DNA from: Treponemataceae bacterium
GTDB lineage: Bacteria; Spirochaetota; Spirochaetia; Treponematales; Rectinemataceae
Direction of reading: 5' to 3'
DNA: 64,000 bases
Assembly: GCA_963678065.2 (NCBI GenBank)
Contig: CAXXVZ010000004.1
Location: 224,001-288,000, forward strand
Shown here: piece after piece, positions 1 to 10,758 of the stretch
How positions within the stretch are numbered: position 1 is the first letter of the stretch
Layout of the letters: each line of letters starts with the position of its first letter
The notes under the pieces: model-generated
The model's input: only the letters and a program-made list of their open reading frames with translations
Told to the model about the DNA's origin: nothing
The model's database searches: none
Made by a program: the position numbers and the translations under genes

Positions 1-57
1 CCGGTTCGTCCCGACACCCCCGCCCGGGCGGGGTGTGCCGCCCCGCCGCCGTCACAC

Positions 58-1743
58 TCACTTGCCCGTGAGGATGAATTCGACCCGACGGTTCTTCTGG
101 CGCAGGGCCGCGTTCTTCGGATCGTAGAGGGGAATCGACGATCCCATGCCCCTGGCAGTCATCCGCTTGGGATCGATGCCGTTCACGGAGAGGAGAATGC
201 GCACGAATTCCGCGCGCGCCGTCGAGAGGGGGATAACCTCATTCTTCTCCTCCGCCGCGATGCGGGCGGCGGAATAGCCCGACATCTTGCCCACATTGTT
301 GCCGTGCCCTTCGATCAGTATCGAGAAGGAAGGATATTTCTCGAGAATTGCCGCGATCCGGGAAATTATGCGAGTGTTGGCCGCGAGCCCTTCAGGATTC
401 AGTCCCATGAAGTCGGCGCGGTCAGACCTGAATACAATGGATGGCACCTTGATCCTCAGCCGGCCGGCCTCCCGCACGACGAGGATATCTACGGGCAGAA
501 GCCCCGAAAGTCCCGCTTCCCTGCCGAAGGAATCCTTGACCGCGAATACCCAGGCATAGTCGGTCGCGGATTCGACGAGGCGCCCCGAAGTATCCTTTCC
601 ATCCCAGGTGATCGAATAAGGCGGAGCGCCGATGCCTTTCCACTCCTTGAAAGGTTTGCCCGTTTTCTGAACCGTCGATTCACCGCCGCCTGCGGAGAGT
701 ACCCCCGAGTCCTCGTAGACGGAGAGGCGCCATTCCGAGATCCGCGAGGGATCGGAGACCTTGGGCGTGAAGACGGCGCGGTCGTTGACACCATCGGAGT
801 CGGGACTGAAGGGCATGGGACTCAGCGCCATCTCGATGGTGACTGGATCGAGCCGGGGAGGAACGTCCGCGACGGGAGGATTCGATGCGGCCGCTGCAGA
901 TGGCTCCGGCTGCTCTGAGGGCGCCGCCGGGGCCGGGGGGGGTGCCACCGCTGCCGGCGAAGCGGAAAGAGTCGCCACAGCCTGGTTCGGCGCGGGAACC
1001 GTGGTCGTATTCCTCGAGACATTGGCGGCCTTGCCGGGAACAAGCGGCGAGGCAGGAATTATCGTGGTTGTGGAGTCTGCGCCCGAGGGCGGAAGGACGT
1101 AGAACATTCCGTCGAGATACGGTTGGGCCGAAGTCCCTGCCAGCGGAGCGGGCCCGGAAGGTAGGGGCGAGAGATCCGGCAGGACAGGATCGGGGTACAC
1201 GGGTTTCGGAGCGGAAGGCACAGGCGCAAGGAGCGTCGTAGTTGTTGTGGCCGGGAGCGCCGCGGCGGCCACGGGCGAAGGAAGCGTGGTCGTCGTTGTG
1301 GTTGTGGTTGAGGTCGTCGCTGTCGGAGCGATTGCCGTAGCCGCCGCGGGGAGAACAGGGACAGGAGCGGGGGCGGCCTCCGGAGTCGCCACGGTGGCGG
1401 GAGCGGGGGAAGCCTGTACGATGACGGGCCCCGTCGGCGTGGAAACCGGCGGCGCGACGGTCGTGGTCGTCGTGACGGCGACAGGAGGGCTGACTGGCTG
1501 GGGCTCTGTCGCTGGGGTGACAGCCGGAGTCGGAGCGGCTGCCACTGTTTCGGCGACGGTCTTGGCTGGAAGGTTTTCTGCAGGAAGAGCGGCGGATACG
1601 GCGGGAGAGACACCGGGTGGAAGCTCGGTGACGCGCACATCCTCGACCACATTTTCCACTTCGTCCGGGGAACACACGCATGAGGCTGCCAGAGCCGCGG
1701 CGAATGAGAGGATGATGAACCGTAATCCGGCCTTCCTGATCAT
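58..1743 (-). CDS. OmpA-family lipoprotein with Pro/Thr/Ala-rich stalk and FlgD-Ig/gliding-motility-C-terminal-like domain
   Basis: ATG at 1743 after GGAGG. Signal peptide with lipobox-like LAASC, then a long P/T/A low-complexity region, FSPDSDGVND and ITWDGKD motifs, and a C-terminal OmpA domain (IEGH...LSTARA...RQKNRRVEF). Confidence 0.8.
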   Translation of the reverse strand: MIRKAGLRFIILSFAAALAASCVCSPDEVENVVEDVRVTELPPGVSPAVSAALPAENLPAKTVAETVAAAPTPAVTPATEPQPVSPPVAVTTTTTVAPPVSTPTGPVIVQASPAPATVATPEAAPAPVPVLPAAATAIAPTATTSTTTTTTTTLPSPVAAAALPATTTTTLLAPVPSAPKPVYPDPVLPDLSPLPSGPAPLAGTSAQPYLDGMFYVLPPSGADSTTTIIPASPLVPGKAANVSRNTTTVPAPNQAVATLSASPAAVAPPPAPAAPSEQPEPSAAAASNPPVADVPPRLDPVTIEMALSPMPFSPDSDGVNDRAVFTPKVSDPSRISEWRLSVYEDSGVLSAGGGESTVQKTGKPFKEWKGIGAPPYSITWDGKDTSGRLVESATDYAWVFAVKDSFGREAGLSGLLPVDILVVREAGRLRIKVPSIVFRSDRADFMGLNPEGLAANTRIISRIAAILEKYPSFSILIEGHGNNVGKMSGYSAARIAAEEKNEVIPLSTARAEFVRILLSVNGIDPKRMTARGMGSSIPLYDPKNAALRQKNRRVEFILTGK

Positions 1744-1968
1744 GTTTTTCCTCCAGGGTTTCCGGCCCCGACATCCACGGCGCCACCGGGCTGCGCCGGG
1801 CATGGGCTGTCCTTATCTGCAAAACCCCATCACCTCATATTATCGGCCGGAAAGCCCCGCGATCAAGGAAGGATGCGGTCAGGAAGACGGAAAAGCGCGG
1901 GAAAAGGCAAATTGACATCGCTTGTGCATCTGCGCGCCATCAAGTAGGATTGCTAAGGGAGAGACGAC

Positions 1969-3303
1969 ATGAGAACCACGTATGACTTTACGGTCCGGAC
2001 TCTGGGAGAATGCAAAATTCCCTCCCCCATCAAATTGTCGAGAACCCAGAACGACAGCATCGCGAATTATGTCGGGGACGACGAGCATATCCTCTACGAC
2101 ATTCTCGTCGATCCGGAGGATCCCCGCTCCAACAAGGAGTTCGGCATCATCCAGAATGCCGGTCCGAGGGAGAAGATATATTTCAATCCGCGCCATGTCC
2201 ACGCGGGCGTATTCACCTGCGGCGGCCTCTGCCCGGGCCTCAACGACGTCATACGAGCCCTCGTGCGGGCCCTGTGGAACCGCTATGGGGTCATGCGGAT
2301 AACGGGCGTCCGCTGGGGCTACCACGGCTTCCTCGGCGACGTCCCCGGAGATCCCCTCATGGAGCTCGACCCCGACGTCGTGGACGACATCCACCGATCC
2401 GGCGGCTCCCTCCTCGGCAGCTCGCGGGGAGGAGGAGAACGCACCGAAGAGATCGTCGACGCGATCGAGCGGCTCAACATGAACATGCTCTTCGTCATCG
2501 GCGGCGACGGCAGCCAGAAAGGGGCACTGTGCATCTGCGAAGAAGTGGAAAAGCGCGGCCTCAAGATAGCCGTCATCGGAATACCCAAGACGGTGGACAA
2601 CGATCTTTCCTTCATCGACAAGTCATTCGGCTTCGAGACCGCCGTAGGCAAGGCAGTGGAGGCGGTGACAGCCGCCCACCAGGAAGCCCACTCGGCCATC
2701 AACGGCATCGGACTCGTCAAGGTCATGGGCCGCGACTCCGGCTTCATCGCCGCCTGCACCGCCCTCGCGAGCCACGACGTCAATTTCGTCATCGTGCCCG
2801 AGGTTCCCTTCGAGCTGGAAGGGCCGAACGGGCTCTTCGTCCACCTCACGAAGCGCCTTTCCGAACGGAACCACGCCGTCATCGTCGTCGCCGAGGGCGC
2901 CGGCCAGGATCTCTTCGCCTCCGAGTCCCTCGGCACCGACGAATCGGGCAACCCCAGGCTCGGGGACATCGGGCTCTACCTGAAACAGCAGATACCCGCC
3001 CACTTCAAGGAAGCGGGCATCCCCATCAACCTCAAGTACATCGATCCGAGCTACATCATACGGAGCGCCGTCGCCGACCCGATCGACAGTTTCTACTGCA
3101 CGCGCCTCGCGACGAACGCCGTCCACGCGGCGATGGCAGGCAAGACACGCATGCTCATAAGCGAGCTGCACAACACCTTCGTCCACATCCCCATCGACGT
3201 CGCAGTCTCGACCCGCAATGTCGTTAACCCCGAGAGTTCGCTCTGGCTCGACGTGATCCAGGCCACGAACATGCCTGTCCGCATGACCAATTCATCGCCC
3301 TGA
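1969..3303 (+). CDS. pfkA: ATP-dependent 6-phosphofructokinase (long type)
   Basis: [34 protein letters not shown] and [10 protein letters not shown] motifs. GGDG rather than GGDD indicates ATP use. Confidence 0.92.
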   Translation: MRTTYDFTVRTLGECKIPSPIKLSRTQNDSIANYVGDDEHILYDILVDPEDPRSNKEFGIIQNAGPREKIYFNPRHVHAGVFTCGGLCPGLNDVIRALVRALWNRYGVMRITGVRWGYHGFLGDVPGDPLMELDPDVVDDIHRSGGSLLGSSRGGGERTEEIVDAIERLNMNMLFVIGGDGSQKGALCICEEVEKRGLKIAVIGIPKTVDNDLSFIDKSFGFETAVGKAVEAVTAAHQEAHSAINGIGLVKVMGRDSGFIAACTALASHDVNFVIVPEVPFELEGPNGLFVHLTKRLSERNHAVIVVAEGAGQDLFASESLGTDESGNPRLGDIGLYLKQQIPAHFKEAGIPINLKYIDPSYIIRSAVADPIDSFYCTRLATNAVHAAMAGKTRMLISELHNTFVHIPIDVAVSTRNVVNPESSLWLDVIQATNMPVRMTNSSP

Positions 3304-3379
3304 TTCCCTGACCGGGAATGCTTTCGTCTGCCGCCCCGGAATGCCGCTGAAGGCCCAGCTGATCGATCTCAAATCGTTT

Positions 3380-3479
3380 TGTATTTTTATACATAGTTTC
3401 ATTTATTGAAACATCTTCAAAATATCGATACTTTCGCCGTAAATAATGACAAAAACATACTTGAGTGTCAGACACCCAA
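3380..3479. promoter_or_regulatory. AT-rich regulatory region upstream of acn with three palindromes
   Basis: TGTAT-N4-ATACA (3380-3393), GTTTCA-N5-TGAAAC (3396-3412) and TTGAGTGTC-A-GACACCCAA (3461-3479, one mismatch). Confidence 0.55.
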
Positions 3480-3537
3480 TCAAGTACACTCCGGGAAAGT
3501 GCATATTGATGCAGTTCAGGATCGAGGGAGGCGGAAC

Positions 3538-5586
3538 ATGGGCAGAAGTCTGACGCGCAAGCTGATCGAGTCGCACCTGGTATCGGGAAGCTGGCGGCCC
3601 GGGGAAGAAATCGGCATCCGCATCGACCAGACTCTCACTCAGGATGCCACGGGAACCATGGCCTACCTGCAGTTCGAGACCATGGGCGTATCCCGCGTGC
3701 GCACCGATCTCTCGGTCAGCTACATCGACCACAATACGATGCAGATCGGCTTCGAGAACGCCGACGACCACCGCTATCTGACCGGAATCGCGGCCAAATA
3801 CGGCATATACCTCTCCCGGGCCGGCAACGGCATCTGCCATCAGGTCCACCTCGAGCGATTCGGGAAACCCGGGGCGACCCTCCTCGGTTCGGACAGCCAC
3901 ACCCCTACGGGCGGCGCCCTCGGCATGATAGCGATCGGAGCGGGCGGACTCGACGTCGCCCTCGCCATGGCGGGCAAGGCCTTCTACCTGACCTGTCCTA
4001 AGGTCATCGGCATCAGGCTCTCCGGAAAGCTGCCTGCATGGTCCTCCGCCAAGGATGTCGCGCTCAAAATGCTCGAGATTTTCGGGACCAAGGGCAATGT
4101 GGGCCGCGTCTTCGAGTACTTCGGCGAAGGGGTCGCCACACTTTCCGTTCCCGAACGCTCCACCATCGCGAACATGGGCGCCGAGTGCGGCGTCACGACC
4201 TCGGTCTTTCCGGCCGACGCCGCGACGGCGGTCTTCCTCGGCTCGCGTTCCCGGGGCGCGGACTGGGCGGCGATGGAGGCAGAGGCAGAGGCCGACTACG
4301 AAAGGGTTGTCGAGCTCGACCTCTCCGCCGTTGAACCGGCCGTCGCCCTGCCGCATTCTCCGGGAAATGTCGCGACGGTCAGGTCGAAAGCCGGGACAAA
4401 GGTCGACCAGGTCTGCATCGGCTCCTGCACGAACTCCTCGTACAAGGATCTCGCGACAGTGGCCGAGATGCTGCGCGGAAAGGTCGTCCACCCCCAGGTC
4501 AGCTTTGTCGTGACCCCGGGATCGAGACAGGTTCTCCGGAACATCGCCGCGGACGGCTACCTCGAAGCCCTCGTCGCCGCCGGAGCGAGACTCGTCGAAC
4601 CGAGCTGTGGCTTCTGCATCGGCAACGGCCAGTCCCCCGCGAGCGGAGCGGTGTCGCTCAGGACATCGAACCGCAACTTCGAGGCCCGTTCGGGAACGGC
4701 TGACGCGGGCGTCTTCCTCGTCAGCCCGGAAACAGCCGCGGCCGCCGTCATCACGGGGCGGATCACCGACCCGCGCGATCTCGGCGTCGATCCCCCCGCG
4801 ATACGGGAACCGGAAAAATTCACGGTCGACGATGACATGATCATTCCTCCCGCGGCTGAGGCCGATGCCGCGTCGGTGGCGATTCCGCGCGGGCCGAACA
4901 TCGGCGAGCCGCCCGTCGCCGAGCCTCTGCCGGATTCGCTCACTCTGACCGTGGCCATCAAAGCGGGGGACAAGATCACCACCGACCACATCATTCCGGC
5001 CGGCGCGCGCATGAAGTACCGCAGCAACATCGCGGCCTATTCCCGCTATGTCTTCGAAAACCTCGATCCGGCCTTCGCGTCCCGCGCCCTCGCACTGCGC
5101 GAGGCGGGGAAAAACAGCGCCATCGTGGCGGGTCTCTCCTACGGCCAGGGGTCCTCTCGGGAGCACGCGGCTATCTGCCCGGCCTTCCTCGGCGTCAGGG
5201 CCATCCTCGCGCGCTCCTTCGAGAGAATCCACGCCGCCAATCTCGTCAACTTCGGCATCCTGCCTCTCGTCTTCAAGGATGAATCCGACTACAGGGACCT
5301 CGCCGCGGGCGATGTTCTCGAGATCACGGAGATTCACCGGCTTCTGGCGGCGGGCAAGCCCCTCGTGGTCCGCAACAGGACGAAAGGCGGCCGTTTCGAA
5401 GTCAGCTATGACCTGAGCGAACGGCAGAAGGCCATCGTGCTCTCTGGCGGAGTGCTTGCTTCGGCGAGTGTGGCGCCAGAGAACTCCGGGGGCGTGCTTG
5501 CTTCGGCGAGCAAGACTCCGGAGAACCCGGCCGGCCTGCCCGCGAAGGCGGACGGCGGGTCGACAACAGAGGAAGGAAAATCATGA
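3538..5586 (+). CDS. acn: Aconitate hydratase (small AcnA/LeuCD-like type)
   Basis: ATG at 3538 after GGGAGG. TQDATG, GICHQ, DSHT, GSCTN, CGFCIG, SNRNFE, TTDHI and GQGSSREHA motifs. Confidence 0.92.
   Translation: MGRSLTRKLIESHLVSGSWRPGEEIGIRIDQTLTQDATGTMAYLQFETMGVSRVRTDLSVSYIDHNTMQIGFENADDHRYLTGIAAKYGIYLSRAGNGICHQVHLERFGKPGATLLGSDSHTPTGGALGMIAIGAGGLDVALAMAGKAFYLTCPKVIGIRLSGKLPAWSSAKDVALKMLEIFGTKGNVGRVFEYFGEGVATLSVPERSTIANMGAECGVTTSVFPADAATAVFLGSRSRGADWAAMEAEAEADYERVVELDLSAVEPAVALPHSPGNVATVRSKAGTKVDQVCIGSCTNSSYKDLATVAEMLRGKVVHPQVSFVVTPGSRQVLRNIAADGYLEALVAAGARLVEPSCGFCIGNGQSPASGAVSLRTSNRNFEARSGTADAGVFLVSPETAAAAVITGRITDPRDLGVDPPAIREPEKFTVDDDMIIPPAAEADAASVAIPRGPNIGEPPVAEPLPDSLTLTVAIKAGDKITTDHIIPAGARMKYRSNIAAYSRYVFENLDPAFASRALALREAGKNSAIVAGLSYGQGSSREHAAICPAFLGVRAILARSFERIHAANLVNFGILPLVFKDESDYRDLAAGDVLEITEIHRLLAAGKPLVVRNRTKGGRFEVSYDLSERQKAIVLSGGVLASASVAPENSGGVLASASKTPENPAGLPAKADGGSTTEEGKS
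5443..5526 (+). repeat. Imperfect 42-bp tandem duplication at the aconitase 3' end ([14 protein letters not shown] x2)
   Basis: Units 5443-5484 and 5485-5526 share GTGCTTGCTTCGGCGAG and end in GAGAAC. Confidence 0.85.
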
Positions 5587-6914
5587 AAATAGCGGTAAAA
5601 AACCCTCTCGTGGAGATGGACGGCGACGAGATGACCAGGGTCATCTGGGCGGCGATCAAGGACAAGCTCATCCTTCCTTACCTCGACATACAGCTCGAGT
5701 ACTACGATCTCGGCGTCACCCACCGCGACGCGACGGAGGACAGCGTCACCGTCCAGGCGGCCGAGGCTATCAGACGTCTCGGCGTCGGGGTCAAGTGCGC
5801 GACCATCACGCCGGACGCCCAGAGGATAGGCGAATACAACCTCAAGAAGGCCTGGCCCTCGCCGAACGGGACAATACGGGGAATCCTGGACGGGACCGTA
5901 TTCCGCAAGCCCATCACCGTGAAGACGGTGGCGCCGGCGGTGCGCAGCTGGGTCAAGCCCATCGTCATCGGACGCCACGCCTACGGCGATATCTACAAGG
6001 CGGCGGACTTCGTCGTCCCCGGTCCCGGACTTGTCGAGCTGGTGTATACACCCGAGGCCGCGTCGTCGCAGCCTGGCTCGGGGACGCCGTCCACAGCCGC
6101 CGAAACATCCGCGTCTTCCGCTGGTCCCGGCGCCGCCGCGACGAGGATGGTTGTGCACAAATTCAAGGGTCCCGGCGTCGTCATGGGCATGCACAACACA
6201 GATGATTCCATCCGGTCCTTCGCGCGGGCATGCATCCGCTACGCCGTCTCCGAGAAGACGGAGCTCTGGTTCGGCGCAAAGGATACGATCTCGAAGCGCT
6301 ACCACGCGCGCTTCAAGGACATCTTCGCCGAGGAAGCCGGGGCGAGCGCGGCGGCCCTGGAAGCAGCGGGCATCTCCTACCGCTACATGCTCATCGACGA
6401 CGCGGTGGCGCAGATCATGAAGCACCCGGGCGGCATTCTCTGGGCATGTATGAACTACGACGGCGACGTCATGTCAGACATGGTGGCCGCGGGCTTCGGC
6501 AGCCTCGGCATGATGACATCCGTACTCGTCTCGCCCGAGGGGCATTACGAGTACGAGGCCGCCCACGGCACAGTCCGCCGTCACTACTACGAGCACCTCA
6601 AGGGAAAGGCGACGAGCACGAATCCCGTCGCCTCGATCTTCGCCTGGACCGGCGCGATCGGCAAGCGGGGGGAACTCGACGGCACTCCGGAAGTGAGCGC
6701 CTTCGCCAGGACCCTCGAGAGAGCCGTCATCGAGACGATCGAGGCAGGGACGGTGACGAAGGACCTCTTCCTCCTCGCCGAGCCGAGGGCGGCCGGATTC
6801 GCGACGACGACGGAGTTTCTCGATGCGGTAGCGTCGCGCCTCGATGCCGCCGTGTCGAGAACCTCGGCGACGATCGCCTCCGCCGGGGTCCCGCCCGCGG
6901 GCCTGGGCTCCTGA
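5583..6914 (+). CDS. icd: NADP-dependent isocitrate dehydrogenase (eukaryote-like dimeric type)
   Basis: [33 protein letters not shown] and EAAHGTV motifs. ATGA overlap with acn. Confidence 0.95.
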   Translation: MKIAVKNPLVEMDGDEMTRVIWAAIKDKLILPYLDIQLEYYDLGVTHRDATEDSVTVQAAEAIRRLGVGVKCATITPDAQRIGEYNLKKAWPSPNGTIRGILDGTVFRKPITVKTVAPAVRSWVKPIVIGRHAYGDIYKAADFVVPGPGLVELVYTPEAASSQPGSGTPSTAAETSASSAGPGAAATRMVVHKFKGPGVVMGMHNTDDSIRSFARACIRYAVSEKTELWFGAKDTISKRYHARFKDIFAEEAGASAAALEAAGISYRYMLIDDAVAQIMKHPGGILWACMNYDGDVMSDMVAAGFGSLGMMTSVLVSPEGHYEYEAAHGTVRRHYYEHLKGKATSTNPVASIFAWTGAIGKRGELDGTPEVSAFARTLERAVIETIEAGTVTKDLFLLAEPRAAGFATTTEFLDAVASRLDAAVSRTSATIASAGVPPAGLGS

Positions 6915-6925
6915 AGGCGAAGCCC

Positions 6926-8200
6926 ATGAAATCCGAAAGCCTCACCCTGACCGACAACAGGACGGGAAGGGTTTACGAGCTGCCCATAGCGGACGGGACG
7001 ATCCGCGCCCTGGACCTGCGCGCGATCAAGGTCGACGAGGGCGATTTCGGCCTCATGACCTACGATCCGGGACTCACCAACACCGCCGCGGCCAAGAGCT
7101 CGATCACCTACATCGACGGGGACAAAGGGATACTGCGCTACCGGGGCTACCCGATCGAGGAACTGGCCGAGCATTCGACCTACCTCGAGACCGCCTACCT
7201 CGTCATGTTCGGCGAACTTCCGACTCCCTCCCAGCTCACGACATGGGAGGGCGAGATCAACCGCCACACCATGCTCCACCTGAACATCCAGAGGCTCATC
7301 GAGACCTTCCGCTACGACGCCCATCCCATGAGCGTGTTCATAAGCGCCATAGCCTCGCTCTCGACCCTGTATCCGGACGCGCGCCATGTCACGGACCCGG
7401 TCGTGCGCCGCGTCCAGGTCGAGCGCATGCTCGCGAAGGCTGCCACCATCGCCGCCTTCACCTACCGCCACAACCAGGGCTGGCCCTTCGTCTATCCCGA
7501 CGACAGTCTCAGCTTCATCGGAAACTTTCTCAAGATGATGTTCCGGATGACCGAAAAGACCTACAGACCGAATCCGGTGCTCGAGCGGGCGCTCAATGTC
7601 CTCTTTATCCTCCACGCCGACCACGAGCAGAACTGCGGCACGAACGCGATGCGCGTCATCGGCTCATCCCAGGCCGATCCCTACTCCGCCCTCGCTGGCG
7701 CCGCGGCGGCCCTCTACGGCCCACTGCACGGCGCGGCCAACGAGGCCGTACTTCGCATGCTCGAAGAGATCGGATCGCCAGCTCGCGTTCCGGCCTTCAT
7801 AGAGTCCGTGAAGCGCAACGAGGTGAGGCTCATGGGCTTCGGTCACAGGGTTTACAAGAACTACGACCCCCGCTGCCGCATCATCAAGCGGATCGCCTAC
7901 GAAGTCTTCGAGGTCATGGGCCGGAATCCGCTGCTCGATGTGGCGCTGGAGCTCGAGCGCATAGCCCTCGAGGACGACTACTTCGTTTCGCGCAAGCTCT
8001 ACCCCAATGTCGACTTCTACTCCGGCCTCGTCTACCGCGCGATGAAACTGCCCGCGTCCATGTTCACCGTCATGTTCGCGGTGCCGCGCACCTGCGGCTG
8101 GGTCGCGCAGTGGCTCGAAATGCTGACCGACCCCGAGCAGAAACTCTCGCGGCCGCGGCAGATCTACCTTGGGCCTGAGGAGCGGCGCTACCCGAGGTAG
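6926..8200 (+). CDS. gltA: Citrate synthase
   Basis: YDPG, GILRYRGYPIE, HADHEQN, GPLHG, MGFGHRVYK and YPNVDFYSG motifs. The true start is MKSESL at 6926; the ORF-track extension overlaps icd. Confidence 0.95.
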   Translation: MKSESLTLTDNRTGRVYELPIADGTIRALDLRAIKVDEGDFGLMTYDPGLTNTAAAKSSITYIDGDKGILRYRGYPIEELAEHSTYLETAYLVMFGELPTPSQLTTWEGEINRHTMLHLNIQRLIETFRYDAHPMSVFISAIASLSTLYPDARHVTDPVVRRVQVERMLAKAATIAAFTYRHNQGWPFVYPDDSLSFIGNFLKMMFRMTEKTYRPNPVLERALNVLFILHADHEQNCGTNAMRVIGSSQADPYSALAGAAAALYGPLHGAANEAVLRMLEEIGSPARVPAFIESVKRNEVRLMGFGHRVYKNYDPRCRIIKRIAYEVFEVMGRNPLLDVALELERIALEDDYFVSRKLYPNVDFYSGLVYRAMKLPASMFTVMFAVPRTCGWVAQWLEMLTDPEQKLSRPRQIYLGPEERRYPR

Positions 8201-8230
8201 ATTCCTTCCCTACACGGATCTCTATTTTTG

Positions 8231-8294
8231 TTGACAAAATCGAAAAACGCCCGCAAAATGTTCTCATACACGAACGCAGTTCATGTATGAGAAC
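8231..8294 (+). promoter_or_regulatory. Sigma70 promoter followed by a 16-bp inverted-repeat operator
   Basis: TTGACA (8231)-17 nt-CAAAAT (8254), then GTTCTCATACACGAAC-gca-GTTCATGTATGAGAAC (8260-8294, one mismatch). Confidence 0.75.
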
Positions 8295-8304
8295 AAGGAC
8301 GTGT

Positions 8305-9060
8305 ATGGTCAACACGGTTTTCAAGGCACTCCGGATTCTCGAGAAGCTCGGCGAGGGTCAGGTTTTCGGGCTGAGCGAGCTGGCGCGGGAGCTCGGGCTT
8401 CCCAAGAGTTCGGTCCACGGGATTCTCGAGACCCTCTCGGCCAGGAAAATGGTGGAAAAGAACGCAGTCACCGGAAAATACAGCCTGGGCCTCCGCCTCA
8501 TCGAACTCGGAAACCGGGCACAGATGGGCCTCGACATCTGCCGGATAGCCGCACCCTTTCTGAAGGGACTGAACGTCGAATTCGACGAAACCGTCCACCT
8601 GACCATTCTGGACAACGACGAGGTCCTGTACGTTGACTGCATCGAATCGCAGAAGCGCCTTCGCACCTACTCCGTCATTGGAGTCCGCGCCCCCCTGTAC
8701 TGCACCTCGGTCGGAAAGGCGATCCTGGCATTCCAGTCCGACGAGGAAATCAGGAGGATCGCCCGCGAAAAAGGCCTCGCCCGCATCACGCCGACGACGA
8801 TTACGACCGAGGAGGCTCTGTTCGAAGAGGTCGCGGTCATCCGGAAACTCGGCTACGCGGTCGACGAAATGGAACACGAAGACCATCTGCGCTGTGTCGG
8901 TGCTCCGATCAGAAACGCCCGCGGCGAGGTCTTCGCTTCGATCAGTCTCTCCGGCCCGGCCGAACGGAACACGCGAGAGAGGATTGTCCAGATGGCCCCC
9001 TTTGTGGTCAGGGCTACGGAAGAGATATCGCGGAGGCTCGGCTTCAGGCCAGGGCCATGA
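8305..9060 (+). CDS. IclR-family transcriptional regulator
   Basis: N-terminal HTH (LSELARELGLPKSSVHGIL), PLYCTSVGKA, and GYAVDEMEH...CVGAPI IclR effector-domain motifs. Confidence 0.92.
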   Translation: MVNTVFKALRILEKLGEGQVFGLSELARELGLPKSSVHGILETLSARKMVEKNAVTGKYSLGLRLIELGNRAQMGLDICRIAAPFLKGLNVEFDETVHLTILDNDEVLYVDCIESQKRLRTYSVIGVRAPLYCTSVGKAILAFQSDEEIRRIAREKGLARITPTTITTEEALFEEVAVIRKLGYAVDEMEHEDHLRCVGAPIRNARGEVFASISLSGPAERNTRERIVQMAPFVVRATEEISRRLGFRPGP

Positions 9061-9166
9061 ACCAGTCGCGTTTTTGACCGGACCTGGATGCCCATCGGCA
9101 CAGAGTCCGGGAAGGCTGCCCGTCGGGGCGGCGGATACAGGAATCATTTTTTAGAGGGAGGTTCTC

Positions 9167-10168
9167 ATGAAGAGGACAGTATTGATTCTTCTCGCTCTCA
9201 GCCTGATCGCGGGTCCCGCCGTGTTCGCGCAGAAGGCCGCCCCCATCAAGCTCGTGTTCACCTCGGTCTCCGTCCCCGGCGACGCCCACACTCAGGCCAT
9301 GACTGTCTTCAAGGATGAAGTCGAGAAGCTCTCCGGCGGACAGATTCAGGTCGACGTCTACCATTCCGGCCAACTCTTCACCCAGCAGGCCGAGCAGGAC
9401 GCCGTCCGCAAGGGCACCGTCGACATGATCTACAGCTCCGCCCAGTGGCTCGCCGAGTTCATCCCCTACCTCTCCATGTTCGGCGCTGCCTACACCTTCC
9501 AGAGCTACGACCAGATGACCAAGACCTTCAACGGCCCCATCGGCAAGAAGATCTTCGAGGAAATCGCGAAGACGCAGGGCATCCGCCCGCTGACCGCCTA
9601 CTACCTCGGAACCCGCCAGCTCAACCTCACCGACAAAGTCGGCGCGGTCACCAAACCCGAGCAGATGAAGAACGTGAAGATGCGTGTGCCCAACAGCGCC
9701 ACCTGGATCGCCATGGGCAAGGCTCTTGGTGCCAACCCCACCCCAATGGCCTTCGGCGAAGTCTACATGGGCCTCAAGACCGGCGCGGTCCAGGGCCAGG
9801 ACAACCCCCTTCCCACGGACAAGAACGCCAAGTTCTACGAGGTCACCAAGTACATCGTCCTGACGAACCACGTCGTCGACTCCACCTGGCCCACCATCAA
9901 CGAGAAGCGGTGGAAGAGCATGAACAAGGAGCAGCAGGGCTGGATGATGACCGCCGCCGAGAAGGCCCGCGCCTTCTGCGACAAGACCAACCTCGACAAT
10001 GAGAAGAACATCCTCGACTTCTTCCGCAGCCAGGGCCTCACCGTGATAGAGAACCCCGACCGCGCCGCCTTCGCGGCCTATGCCAAGAATTCCTACCTGA
10101 CCGAGAGCAAGGACATTTCCAAGAGCTGGGATCTCGATCTCTACGAGGAAATTCAGAAAATCAAGTAA
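9167..10168 (+). CDS. dctP: TRAP transporter substrate-binding protein
   Basis: Signal peptide, KMRVP (conserved carboxylate-binding Arg), PTPMAFGEVY and GQDNP motifs. GGAGG RBS. Confidence 0.92.
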   Translation: MKRTVLILLALSLIAGPAVFAQKAAPIKLVFTSVSVPGDAHTQAMTVFKDEVEKLSGGQIQVDVYHSGQLFTQQAEQDAVRKGTVDMIYSSAQWLAEFIPYLSMFGAAYTFQSYDQMTKTFNGPIGKKIFEEIAKTQGIRPLTAYYLGTRQLNLTDKVGAVTKPEQMKNVKMRVPNSATWIAMGKALGANPTPMAFGEVYMGLKTGAVQGQDNPLPTDKNAKFYEVTKYIVLTNHVVDSTWPTINEKRWKSMNKEQQGWMMTAAEKARAFCDKTNLDNEKNILDFFRSQGLTVIENPDRAAFAAYAKNSYLTESKDISKSWDLDLYEEIQKIK

Positions 10169-10180
10169 TCTCCTTAGAGA

Positions 10181-10227
10181 CGGATGGACCGGCACCTGCA
10201 CTTCGGGGCAGATTGCCGGTCCGTCCG
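10181..10227 (+). other. Intercistronic stem-loop after dctP
   Basis: CGGATGGACCGGCA...TGCCGGTCCGTCCG pairing with no U-tract, typical of an mRNA-stabilising or partial-termination hairpin after a binding-protein gene. Confidence 0.6.
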
Positions 10228-10257
10228 GACTCGGATTTCATCACGGAGCCCACCCCC

Positions 10258-10758
10258 ATGCAAACACAAGGCCCCCTCGTTCGAACCGGAAAATTCCTTC
10301 TCAACCTCATCGAACTCTATGTTCCGGTGGCCGCCTTCGTCGTCCTCTTCCTCTCGTTCATGACACAGATCGTCTGCCGCTATTTCTTCAAACCCCTCAT
10401 CTGGCCCGAAGAGCTCTCGCTCATCTGCTTCGTGTGGGTCGCCCTTCTCGGCGGACTCTATGCCAAGCGGGACAACTCCCACGTCGCCTTCGCCATGCTC
10501 TATGACGCACAGAAGCCGCGAACACAAACATGGATGCGCGTCGCGGGCAACATTCTCCTTCTCGTCGCCTTCGCGGCGGCCCTCGTCCCGTCATGGGAAT
10601 ACGTGATCTTCATGGGATACAAGCACTCGGACGCGCTCAAAATATCCATGACCCTCGCCTATTTCCCCTTCGTCATCTTCCTCGTCGACATCATCGTCAG
10701 ACTGGCCGTCGACATCATCGGGGACATAGCCCTGCTCCGGAAAGGGGAACGCCCATGA
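10258..10758 (+). CDS. dctQ: TRAP transporter small permease
   Basis: About four TM segments, QIVCRY and WPEEL motifs, located between dctP and dctM. Confidence 0.9.
   Translation: MQTQGPLVRTGKFLLNLIELYVPVAAFVVLFLSFMTQIVCRYFFKPLIWPEELSLICFVWVALLGGLYAKRDNSHVAFAMLYDAQKPRTQTWMRVAGNILLLVAFAAALVPSWEYVIFMGYKHSDALKISMTLAYFPFVIFLVDIIVRLAVDIIGDIALLRKGERP

Noticed and set aside
1969..3303. PPi-dependent phosphofructokinase
   Set aside because: The GGDG motif, rather than GGDD, indicates ATP specificity.
3403..5337. Long antisense and alternate-frame ORFs (e.g. 3403-5337 -, 41606-43387 +, 46279-48606 -, 56139-57773 +)
   Set aside because: They shadow well-supported genes, are Arg/Gly/Pro-rich with no motifs, and are expected from high-GC codon bias.
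6230..6925. N-terminal ORF-track extensions of gltA, and likewise of 30022-31497, 59580-61712, 10530-12062 and 58429-59850
   Set aside because: They overlap upstream genes in another frame. Family homology begins at downstream starts that have an RBS or stop-start coupling, so these are not real fusions.
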